From: Cupriavidus necator
Lineage (GTDB): Bacteria; Pseudomonadota; Gammaproteobacteria; Burkholderiales; Burkholderiaceae
DNA: 32,000 nt
NCBI RefSeq assembly: GCF_016127575.1
Contig: NZ_CP066018.1
Span: 210,001 to 242,000 of the forward strand
Direction: 5' to 3'
Positions 9,423-20,197 of the stretch are shown in pieces. Numbering within the stretch: the stretch's first letter is position 1; the number at the start of each line of letters is the position of its first letter. The position numbers were made by a program, and so were the translations under genes. A model generated the notes under the pieces. It was not told the origin of the DNA. It saw only the letters and a list, made by a program, of their open reading frames with translations, and made no database searches.

Positions 9423-9947
9423 ATGGCGCTTTACCAGCTCGGCGACGTCAAGCCCAATATCGACAGCGATGCCTACGTGGCCCCCGAAGCCACCGTCATC
9501 GGCAACGTGACCCTCAAGTCCCGCGCCAGCGCCTGGCCCGGTGTCGTGATCCGCGGCGACAACGAACCGATCGTGGTGGGCGAGGACACCAACATCCAGG
9601 AAGGCTCGGTGCTGCATACCGACCCGGGCTGCCCGCTGACCCTGGGCGACAAGGTCTCGATCGGCCACCAGGCCATGCTGCATGGCTGCACCGTAGGCGA
9701 AGGCTCGCTCATCGGGATCCAGGCCGTGGTGCTGAACCGCGCCGTGATCGGCAAGGAATGCCTGGTCGGCGCCGGTGCCGTGGTGACCGAGGGCAAGGTC
9801 TTCCCGGACCGCTCGCTGATCCTGGGCGCGCCGGCCAAGGTGGTGCGCCAGCTGACCGACGCCGACGTCGCCAACCTGTACCGCAACGCCGAGACCTACG
9901 CCACCCGGCAGGCCATGTACAAGCAACAGCTCAAGCGGATCGGCTGA
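9423..9947 (+). CDS. Gamma-class carbonic anhydrase-like / hexapeptide-repeat (LbH) protein (YrdA/PaaY-like)
   Basis: Left-handed beta-helix hexapeptide repeats with 'IGDNVSIGHQAMLHGC'-type His ligands. AGGAGA lies 5 nt upstream of the ATG. Length is 174 aa. Confidence 0.85.
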   Translation: MALYQLGDVKPNIDSDAYVAPEATVIGNVTLKSRASAWPGVVIRGDNEPIVVGEDTNIQEGSVLHTDPGCPLTLGDKVSIGHQAMLHGCTVGEGSLIGIQAVVLNRAVIGKECLVGAGAVVTEGKVFPDRSLILGAPAKVVRQLTDADVANLYRNAETYATRQAMYKQQLKRIG

Positions 9948-9986
9948 CGACCGCGGCGGCACTTACCGAATCATCGACAGATTATT

Positions 9987-10988
9987 GTGACCGATACCAC
10001 CACCCCCGACACCCTGCAGAAATTCCTGTTCGACGCGGCTCCCGTGCGCGGCGAGCTGGTGCGCATGGAAGCCACCTGGCAAGAAGTGCTGGGCCGCCAC
10101 AGCTACCCCGCACCGGTGCGCCGGCTGCTGGGCGAGATGATGGCCGCCGCGGCGCTGCTGTCGGCCAACCTGAAGTTCAACGGGGCGCTGGTGATGCAGC
10201 TGCACGGCGACGGCCCGGTGCGCATGCTGGTGGTGGAATGCCTGTCCGACCTGTCGATGCGCGCCACCGCCAAGCTGGCCGAGGGCGCGCACATCGCCGA
10301 CGACGCCACGCTGGCGCAGATGGTCAACGCCCACGGCCACGGCCGCTTTGCCATCACGCTGGATCCGAAGGACAAGCTGCCGGGCCAGCAGGCGTACCAG
10401 GGCATCGTGCCGCTGGCCGACGCGCATGGCCCGCTGGGCTCGATCAGCGCCGTGCTCGAGCACTACATGCAGGCGTCCGAGCAGCTCGACACGCGCCTGT
10501 GGCTGGCGGCGGACGACCACGTCGCCGCCGGCATGCTGCTGCAGAAGCTGCCGGCCTACGGCGGCACCGCGGAAGTCGGCGAGACCGGCGCGCCGCTGGC
10601 CAGCCATGCCCGCGCGCAGGACCTGGACACCTGGGACCGCGCCGTGCAGCTGGGCGCCACGCTCAAGGCCGACGAACTGCTGGCCGAGACCCCCGACACC
10701 CTGCTGCGCCGCCTGTTCTGGGAAGACCTGCAGGCCGCCGGCCTGCGCGTGTTTGAGCCGCTGACGCCGCATTTCCATTGCTCCTGCTCGCGCCCCAAGG
10801 TGGCCGGCATGCTGCAGTCGCTGGGCCAGGAAGAGATCGAAGGCATCATCGCCGAGCGCGGCCAGGTCGAGATCCACTGCGACTTCTGCGGCCTGCGCTA
10901 TGAGTTTGATCCGGTCGACTGCGCCCAGCTGTTCTCGGCCACCCATATCGCCACCGGCGCCGGTGCCGGCGCGCACCAGCACCACTGA
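9987..10988 (+). CDS. hslO: Hsp33 redox-regulated chaperone
   Basis: 'FLFDAAPVRGELV' N-terminus and the C-terminal zinc centre 'CSCS...' plus 'CDFCG'. It has a GTG start with no upstream in-frame ATG. Confidence 0.85.
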   Translation: MTDTTTPDTLQKFLFDAAPVRGELVRMEATWQEVLGRHSYPAPVRRLLGEMMAAAALLSANLKFNGALVMQLHGDGPVRMLVVECLSDLSMRATAKLAEGAHIADDATLAQMVNAHGHGRFAITLDPKDKLPGQQAYQGIVPLADAHGPLGSISAVLEHYMQASEQLDTRLWLAADDHVAAGMLLQKLPAYGGTAEVGETGAPLASHARAQDLDTWDRAVQLGATLKADELLAETPDTLLRRLFWEDLQAAGLRVFEPLTPHFHCSCSRPKVAGMLQSLGQEEIEGIIAERGQVEIHCDFCGLRYEFDPVDCAQLFSATHIATGAGAGAHQHH

Positions 10989-11092
10989 GCGGCAGGCGCG
11001 GGGCGGCATGGCGGAAACAACCGCCTTGCCGTCCTGTCCAACGGCTGTACGATGGCAGCATCCAGCTGCCCCAAGCAAGCCTGAGTACAGCC

Positions 11093-11515
11093 ATGTCCGC
11101 CCGAGCCACCCCCTCCCTGCCTGAATCTCCCGCCATCGTGCCGGCCGTGCTGCGCTGCCTTGCCGCCTGCGCCGCGACCGGCGCACTGCTGCTGGCCGCA
11201 GGCTGCGCAGAGCTGCCGCGCGACGTCAACGGCTCGCCGCCCACGGCGCGGCTGGCGCCCAACGCCATCCCGCCAGCGCCGCTGACCGCCGACGACAAGC
11301 AGAAGCTCGACACGCTGAACCAGCAGATACTGCGCGAGCAGGCCGCCGCGATCGCGCTCGACCAGCAGGCCGCGGCCGCGCGCGCGGCTTATGGCTATCC
11401 GAACACCAGCTGGAACCTGTATTACGGGGGATGGGGTGGTGGCCACTGGGGCGGCGGCGTCAGCGTCGGCATGCCCGGCTGGGGCTGGGGCGGTTATCCG
11501 TACGGCTGGTGGTGA
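11093..11515 (+). CDS. Predicted small lipoprotein with Gly/Trp/Tyr-rich C-terminal tail
   Basis: Signal peptide ends in the lipobox-like 'LLAAGC' (Cys38). A Gln/Ala-rich helical middle is followed by a tail (aa 99-140) that is about two-thirds G/W/Y. Codon third positions are G/C-rich, as in neighbouring genes. Confidence 0.55.
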   Translation: MSARATPSLPESPAIVPAVLRCLAACAATGALLLAAGCAELPRDVNGSPPTARLAPNAIPPAPLTADDKQKLDTLNQQILREQAAAIALDQQAAAARAAYGYPNTSWNLYYGGWGGGHWGGGVSVGMPGWGWGGYPYGWW

Positions 11516-11570
11516 CAGGCAGGCGGCGGGCTGGATGCAAGCCCACCGACAGCGAGAGGCAAGGCGCCCC

Positions 11571-11912
11571 TTAGTGGCCGCCTCTTCCGGCGACCGAATT
11601 CGCCGGCGGCGGCAACGGCGGCGTCGCGCTGACCTTGGGCGCCGGCGCGACAAACTGCACGAAGACCTCGCCTTCCCTCACCATGCCCAACTCATAGCGG
11701 GCACGTTCCTCGATCGCGCCGGTGCCGTCCTGCAGGTCGGCGACTTCCCCTTCCAGCTTGGCGTTGCGCAGCTTGAGCGTCTGGTTGCGGGTGCCCTGCT
11801 CGGTCAGTTGCCGGTTCAGGTCCCACACGCGCAGCCAGCCGCCCTTGCCCAGCCAGAGCGGGTACTGGATGGCAAGCAGCAGCACAAACAACAGCAGCGA
11901 GATCAGGCGCAT
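11571..11912 (-). CDS. ftsB: Cell division protein FtsB
   Basis: '[25 protein letters not shown]' TM segment followed by a coiled coil and '[14 protein letters not shown]'. It sits immediately downstream of eno, the usual position for ftsB. The ATG at 11912 is preferred over the track start at 11942. Confidence 0.8.
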
Positions 11913-11991
11913 GAAAGATGGCGGACAGGAAATTCCGCACAATGATCTGCGAACTCAGCCCGGAAGGCAATTGCCAGGCAGATTTCGATAC

Positions 11992-12027
11992 AAAAACGGC
12001 GGCGGCCAGGGAATCCCGGCCGCCGCC
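11992..12027 (-). terminator. Rho-independent terminator/attenuator between eno and ftsB
   Basis: A 10-bp GC stem pairs GGCGGCGGCC (11998-12007) with GGCCGCCGCC (12018-12027). On the minus strand it is followed by TTTTT (complement of 11992-11996). A second 8-bp hairpin, CCGCTTGC/GCAAGCGG, lies at 12035-12062. Confidence 0.6.
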
Positions 12028-12080
12028 ATTCCATCCGCTTGCTGCCGCTCCCGCGCAAGCGGGAACGGCAGGGCAAGGTG

Positions 12081-13412
<1,332 letters not shown>

Positions 13413-13458
13413 TCAACCTGTGCCCGTGTCAGGCGCATGTCAAACTGCCCGGCAACCC

Positions 13459-13752
13459 TCAGGCAGCGCCTTCCACCACGATCATGTTCATCTTTGCCGC
13501 GTGCTCGCGCGCCTTGCGGGCGGCGCGATAGGCTTCGCCGTCATGGAACGACCTGGCGGCTTCATAGCTGGGGAATTTCAGCACCACGACGCGGGTCGGC
13601 GCCCACTCGCCCTCCAGCGGCTCGGTCTTGCCGCCGCGCACCAACACTTCGGCGCCATGAATCTGCATGGCCTTGCTCGAAAGCACTTTGTATTCTTCGT
13701 ACTGCTGGGGGTCGGTCACGTCGACGTAGGCGATGATATAGCCCGCGGCCAT
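13459..13752 (-). CDS. DUF1330 family protein
   Basis: 97 aa with 'YIIAYVDVTDPQQYEEY...VRGG...LEG...VVVLKFPSYEAARSF', a typical DUF1330 pattern. GGGAGA lies 8 nt upstream of the ATG. Confidence 0.75.
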   Translation of the reverse strand: MAAGYIIAYVDVTDPQQYEEYKVLSSKAMQIHGAEVLVRGGKTEPLEGEWAPTRVVVLKFPSYEAARSFHDGEAYRAARKAREHAAKMNMIVVEGAA

Positions 13753-13792
13753 GGAATATCTCCCGATTTTTTGTATTGTCTTTCGATATGGT

Positions 13793-13822
13793 TTGTCACC
13801 ACCGGCATTGCGGTGGTGACAA
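13793..13822. repeat. Perfect 12-bp inverted repeat (stem-loop) in the kdsA/DUF1330 spacer
   Basis: TTGTCACCACCG (13793-13804) and CGGTGGTGACAA (13811-13822) flank a 6-nt loop. It adjoins an unusually AT-rich stretch (13766-13792). Confidence 0.7.
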
Positions 13823-13834
13823 GACCGGGCCTGC

Positions 13835-14704
13835 TCAGGCGCAGGCCGGCCAGCCGAAGTTGTCTTCCAGGAAACCGGCGCGCTTGACCAGCGTGTCCAG
13901 TTCCTTGAGCACGGCCAGCAGTTCCTTCATGCGCGACAGCGGCACCGCGTTGGGGCCATCGGACATGGCCTTGCTCGGGTCCGGGTGCGTTTCCATGAAC
14001 AGGCCCGCCACGCCGGTGGCGACGGCGGCGCGCGACAGCACCGGCACGAACTCGCGCTGGCCGCCCGAGCTGGTGCCCTGGCCGCCCGGCAGCTGCACCG
14101 AGTGGGTGGCGTCGAACACCACCGGGGCACCGGTCTCGCGCATGATCGCCAGCGAGCGCATGTCGGACACCAGGTTGTTGTAGCCGAACGAGACACCACG
14201 CTCGCAGGCCATGAAGACATCGTCAGGCAGACCGGCTTCGCGCGCGGCATCGCGCGCCTTGTCGATCACGTTCTTCATGTCATGCGGCGCCAGGAACTGG
14301 CCCTTCTTGATGTTCACCGGCTTGCCGCTCTGGGCGCAGGCACGGATGAAATCAGTCTGGCGGCACAGGAAGGCCGGCGTCTGCAGCACGTCCACCACGG
14401 CAGCGACGGGCTTGATCTCGTCGATCTCGTGGATGTCGGTCAGCACCGGCACGCCGATCTCGCGCTTGACGGTGGCCAGGATCTCCAGGCCCTTTTCCAT
14501 CCCCAGGCCGCGGAACGACTTGCCGGACGAACGGTTGGCCTTGTCGAACGACGACTTGTAAATGAACGGGATGCCCAGTTCGGCGGTGATGGCCTTGAGC
14601 TCGCCGGCCGTATCCAGCGCCATCTGCTCCGACTCGATCACGCACGGACCGGCGATCAGGAAGAACGGCTTGTCGAGGCCGGCCTCGAATCCACAGAGTT
14701 TCAT
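13835..14704 (-). CDS. kdsA: 3-deoxy-8-phosphooctulonate synthase (KDO8P synthase)
   Basis: '[12 protein letters not shown]', '[12 protein letters not shown]' and '[11 protein letters not shown]' motifs. The start is the ATG at 14704 (MKLCGF...), with GGAGAG 7-12 nt upstream. The track ORF is over-extended to 14803 and would overlap pyrG. Confidence 0.95.
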   Translation of the reverse strand: MKLCGFEAGLDKPFFLIAGPCVIESEQMALDTAGELKAITAELGIPFIYKSSFDKANRSSGKSFRGLGMEKGLEILATVKREIGVPVLTDIHEIDEIKPVAAVVDVLQTPAFLCRQTDFIRACAQSGKPVNIKKGQFLAPHDMKNVIDKARDAAREAGLPDDVFMACERGVSFGYNNLVSDMRSLAIMRETGAPVVFDATHSVQLPGGQGTSSGGQREFVPVLSRAAVATGVAGLFMETHPDPSKAMSDGPNAVPLSRMKELLAVLKELDTLVKRAGFLEDNFGWPACA

Positions 14705-14732
14705 GACTGTCTCTCCTGCTTGCCGCCGGGGC

Positions 14733-16419
<1,687 letters not shown>

Positions 16420-16499
16420 TGAGAGCCCGATTCCCGCCGACCCGGAAATTGTGACAGCACCCCTCCTCGGCGGGGCTGCAACAGGCCTTCCCGGTGCGT

Positions 16500-16517
16500 T
16501 GCGGCGCATGCGCCGCA
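16500..16517. repeat. 18-bp perfect palindrome just downstream of the hydrolase gene (possible factor-dependent terminator or binding site)
   Basis: TGCGGCGCATGCGCCGCA is self-complementary. It lies 8 nt after the stop of the 16525-17331 CDS. No U-tract follows it on the minus strand. Confidence 0.35.
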
Positions 16518-16524
16518 CCCCGCC

Positions 16525-17331
16525 TCAGCGCCCCTCGCGGCGCATCGCGCCGATCAGGTCGCGCACCAGCTGCGCCGTCTCCTGCGGCCGCTCCATCGGG
16601 TACAGGTGGCCGCCCTCGATAAAGCGCAGATTCGGGCCGACCAGCTTGCGGGTGGCACCCAGCCCACACTGGCGCACCTCGCGCGAACGCGTGCCGGCGA
16701 CAAAGCCGACCGGCACCGGCGCGCCGCGCGCCACCTTGCGCCCCAGGCTGGTCGGCAGCGTGCGGTAGATCCAGTATTCGACCTCGCGGTCAAAGCGCAG
16801 CCGCCGCTCGTTGTCCTTGCCGGTCGGCTCGGTGCCGTGGATGGCGTAGTCGCGCAGCACCTCTTGGTCCCACACCGCGAAGTTGGGCTTGGCGCGGAAG
16901 TGTTCCCAGACCGCCTCGGCGTCCGGCCAGTGGGTGCGCCGGTTTTTGGTCACCGCCGCCGGGCCGGGCTTTTCGTCCATGCCGAACATCTGGGCGGTCT
17001 TCAGCAGCGACGCGCGCCAGCCGGCAATGATCGGCGAATCCAGCATCACCACGCCGCGCACGCGCTCCGGGCGCCGCAGCGCCGCCATCAGCGACAGGAA
17101 GCCGCCCAGCGAATGGCCCACCAGCCACACCGGCTCGTGGTACTGGCGGTCAATCTCGCCGAGCAGCTCCTCCACCAGGTGCGGCCAGCCGCGCGTCACC
17201 GGGAATTCAGGCTTGTGCCCGTAGCGGTCCACGGCGCGGAATTCGAAGTCGCCGTCCAGTTCGCCGAACAGCTTGCGGTAGGTGGTCACCGGGAAGCCGT
17301 TGGCATGGGAAAAATGAATGATCTCGCGCAT
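16525..17331 (-). CDS. Alpha/beta-fold hydrolase (appended to the Anbu operon)
   Basis: Nucleophile elbow 'GHSLGG' and an N-terminal 'HFSHANGF'. The ATG lies 21 nt after the Anbu stop, with GAGGAA 7 nt upstream. Confidence 0.8.
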   Translation of the reverse strand: MREIIHFSHANGFPVTTYRKLFGELDGDFEFRAVDRYGHKPEFPVTRGWPHLVEELLGEIDRQYHEPVWLVGHSLGGFLSLMAALRRPERVRGVVMLDSPIIAGWRASLLKTAQMFGMDEKPGPAAVTKNRRTHWPDAEAVWEHFRAKPNFAVWDQEVLRDYAIHGTEPTGKDNERRLRFDREVEYWIYRTLPTSLGRKVARGAPVPVGFVAGTRSREVRQCGLGATRKLVGPNLRFIEGGHLYPMERPQETAQLVRDLIGAMRREGR

Positions 17332-17352
17332 CGCTTGTTTCCTCGCCCGGCC

Positions 17353-18174
17353 TCAGTCCTGGGTACGCGACGGATTGCGCTTGGCGCGCACCGGCTGGCC
17401 CCAGCGGTCGGCCTCGCCGGGACGCGCCAGCGAGAATTCCGCGGGCGCGCCGGGATCCCACTCGGGATTGTGGATCTCGCCGAAGACCTGGCGCAGGCGC
17501 TGCCCCCAGGTGTCGCGGATCATGCGGAAGTAGGCGTTGCGCTCGTCGATGTTGACGAAGCGCGTCACGCACAGCGTATCGGCCTCATAGACCAGCAGGT
17601 CCAGCGGCAGGCCGACCGAGATATTCGACTTGAGCGTCGAATCCATCGAGATCAGCGCGCATTTGGCCCCCTCGGCCAGCGGCAGCGACGGGTGCACCAC
17701 GCGGTCGATGATGGGCTTGCCGTACTTGGCCTCGCCGATCTGGAAGTAGCAGTTCTCGGGCGTGGCCTCGACAAAATTGCCGGCCGCGTAGATGTTGAAC
17801 AGCCGCACGCGTTCACCGCGCACCTGGCCGCCGAAGATCAGGCTGACATTGAATTCGATGCCGGCATCGCGCAGCGCATGCGCATCGCGCTTGTGCACCT
17901 GGCGCACCGCCTCGCCGACGATGGAAGCGGCCTCGAACATGTCGCGCGCGGTCCACAGCGAGCGCTTCTCGTCATGGTTCTCGGCCAGGATCTGGCGCAC
18001 CGACTGGCTGATCGCCAGGTTGCCGGCGGTCATCAGCACCATCACGCGGTCGCCGGGCTCTTCGAACACCGTCATCTTGCGCGACGTGGAGATGGCATCT
18101 ACCCCCGCATTGGTGCGGGAATCGGACAGGAATACCAGGCCGGCATCCAGCCGCATGGCTACACAGTAAGTCAT
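17353..18174 (-). CDS. Anbu: proteasome-type N-terminal-nucleophile (Thr) peptidase, ancestral beta-subunit family
   Basis: Begins 'MTYCVAMRLDAGLVFLSDSRTNAG', so Thr immediately follows the initiator Met with no propeptide. Asp18 and Lys33 sit at proteasome-like catalytic positions. The gene context of ATP-grasp, alpha-E and transglutaminase is diagnostic. Confidence 0.85.
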   Translation of the reverse strand: MTYCVAMRLDAGLVFLSDSRTNAGVDAISTSRKMTVFEEPGDRVMVLMTAGNLAISQSVRQILAENHDEKRSLWTARDMFEAASIVGEAVRQVHKRDAHALRDAGIEFNVSLIFGGQVRGERVRLFNIYAAGNFVEATPENCYFQIGEAKYGKPIIDRVVHPSLPLAEGAKCALISMDSTLKSNISVGLPLDLLVYEADTLCVTRFVNIDERNAYFRMIRDTWGQRLRQVFGEIHNPEWDPGAPAEFSLARPGEADRWGQPVRAKRNPSRTQD

Positions 18175-18289
18175 GGTCTTGTTTTGGTGTGCTTTGCGGC
18201 GGCCGGAAGTGGCCAGCCGATGGCCTGCATACCCGGGATTCTAGCGCCCGTATTGCGGCACCGCGCCCTGTCTGGAATCAGGCACCTAA

Positions 18290-19153
18290 TCAGGTAAAAA
18301 GCGGCGTGATGCTCACATCAACTTCAAGCGTCTCGCCGGAACCCCCTTCCAGGATGCCCCTGACTGGTGCAGCCGACGCATAATCGCGCCCCACCGCGAG
18401 GCGTATATGACGCTCGTCGGTCAGGCAGCCGTGGGTGATGTCGACGCTGCACCACACCTCGCGCGCCGGGTCCAGGCATACGTCGGCCCAGGCATGGCTG
18501 GCCATCTCGATCGCGGCCGGATCGTAGAAGTATCCGCTCACATAGCGTGCCGGGATACCGAGCGCCCGGCACGCCGCCACCATCACCTGCGCCTGGTCCT
18601 GGCACACGCCGCTGCCCAGGCTGAAGGCCTCGGCCGCCGAGGTGCCGACGTCAGTGGTGTTGGGCTTGTAGCGCACCCGCTCCGCAATCCCCTGGGCCAA
18701 CGCCAGCAGCGCCGGAATCTCGTGCCCGGCCGCCAGGAACGGCGCGGCAAACGCCTGCATCTCCGGCGGAGCCGAGGTCAGTGGCGTGCTGCCGAGGAAG
18801 TACAGCGGCGACACCCGGGACTCGCCGGGGGGCGGAGCGTCGCAGAACGCATGGTGGCCGTCCCGGTCGAGGTCGCCATGCGGCGGCAGCACTTCCACCT
18901 CGCCGCTGGCTTCGATCGAGATGGTGCCGGTCGGTCCGGCCACCGTGAAGTTGTGCACGATATTGCCGAATCCGTCGCGCGCCGCCGACGGATTGCCAGG
19001 CGCGACCAGTTGCCAGCGGTGCACCGTCTGCAGCGGGCCCGAACGCGGCTCGAGCCGCACTTCGTGCACGCTGCGGCGCACCGGCTCGGCGTAGCGGTAA
19101 ACAGTATGGTGGTGGATCTTGTATTTCACGGTATCAGGGCGCGGCGGCGGCAC
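18290..19153 (-). CDS. Transglutaminase-like cysteine protease/ligase family protein (with bacterial transglutaminase N-terminal domain)
   Basis: 'YKIHHHTVYRY' N-domain. The Cys-His-Asp triad context is 'GSGVCQDQAQV', 'SHAWADV' and 'SVDITHG'. It has a GTG start, and an alternative GTG at 19129 exists. Confidence 0.85.
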   Translation of the reverse strand: MPPPRPDTVKYKIHHHTVYRYAEPVRRSVHEVRLEPRSGPLQTVHRWQLVAPGNPSAARDGFGNIVHNFTVAGPTGTISIEASGEVEVLPPHGDLDRDGHHAFCDAPPPGESRVSPLYFLGSTPLTSAPPEMQAFAAPFLAAGHEIPALLALAQGIAERVRYKPNTTDVGTSAAEAFSLGSGVCQDQAQVMVAACRALGIPARYVSGYFYDPAAIEMASHAWADVCLDPAREVWCSVDITHGCLTDERHIRLAVGRDYASAAPVRGILEGGSGETLEVDVSITPLFT

Positions 19154-19176
19154 ATGGAGGCTGCCGGCGGCCCATT

Positions 19177-20130
19177 TCAGGCAGCCAGCAGCGGCACGAG
19201 GAAGTCCCGGCTGATGCCATTGCCGAGATCGCCGATGCGCTCCAGGAAGCTGGTCAGGTACGCGTGCAGGCCGACCGCGAAAATATCGTCGATGCGCGCG
19301 TACTTCAGGTCGGCGTGGAGTTTACCAGCCTGGCGCTCGGTTTCCGCCGATTGCTGGTTGCGCACCGTATGCAGGATGGCCACCACCTCGTCCATGCTCG
19401 ACACCAGCGAGCGCGGCATGTCGGGCCGCAGGATCAGCAGCTCGGCCACGCGCTGCGGCGTAATGACCGCGCGATAGACCTTGCGGTAGACCTCGAAGCC
19501 CGAGACCGAGCGCAGCACCGCGGCCCAGTGATAGAAATCGTTCTGGTCGCGGTTGGCATCGCTCTCGTCGCTGCCCGATGCCTGGAACTTGACGTCGAGG
19601 ATCCGCGCGGTGTTGTCGGCGCGCTCCAGGAACGTGCCCAGCCGCATGAAGTGGAAGGCATCGTCCTTGAGCATGGTGCCGAACTGGACCCCGCGCGCCA
19701 GGTGCGAGCGGAACTTGACCCATTCGAAGAACGCCGACGGGTCCTCCTTCAGCACGCCGTCGGCGATCAGGCGCTGCACCTCCAGCCAGGTGGTGTTGAC
19801 GGTCTCCCAGACCTCGGTGGTCAGCGAGCCGCGCACCGCGCGCGCATTCTCGCGCGCCGCGCGCAGGCAGCTCATGATGGACGAGGCGTTGGTCATGTCG
19901 CGCACCATGAAGTCGATCACATCGTCGCGCGACAGCAGTCCGTACTTGTGGTCGAAGACATCGGTCAGCTCCGAGATATCGAGCATGGCCCACCAGCCCT
20001 GCTCGGCCACCTCGGCCGATTGCGGCAGGAGCGAGGTCTGGTAGTTGACGTCGAGCATGCGCGCGGTGTTCTCCGCGCGCTCGGTATAGCGGGCCATCCA
20101 GAACAGGTGGTCGGCGGTGCGGCTCAGCAT
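19177..20130 (-). CDS. Alpha-E domain protein (alpha-helical, conserved ER motif)
   Basis: 'ADHLFWMARYTERAENTARMLDV' and a second 'FLERADNTARILDV'. AGGAGA lies 7 nt upstream of the ATG. Length is 317 aa. Confidence 0.85.
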   Translation of the reverse strand: MLSRTADHLFWMARYTERAENTARMLDVNYQTSLLPQSAEVAEQGWWAMLDISELTDVFDHKYGLLSRDDVIDFMVRDMTNASSIMSCLRAARENARAVRGSLTTEVWETVNTTWLEVQRLIADGVLKEDPSAFFEWVKFRSHLARGVQFGTMLKDDAFHFMRLGTFLERADNTARILDVKFQASGSDESDANRDQNDFYHWAAVLRSVSGFEVYRKVYRAVITPQRVAELLILRPDMPRSLVSSMDEVVAILHTVRNQQSAETERQAGKLHADLKYARIDDIFAVGLHAYLTSFLERIGDLGNGISRDFLVPLLAA

Positions 20131-20197
20131 GTGGGCTCTCCTGGCGTGGCGGCGGTCGCCATGGCGGTCGTTGCGGCGGTCATCATGTGGTTCGCGT

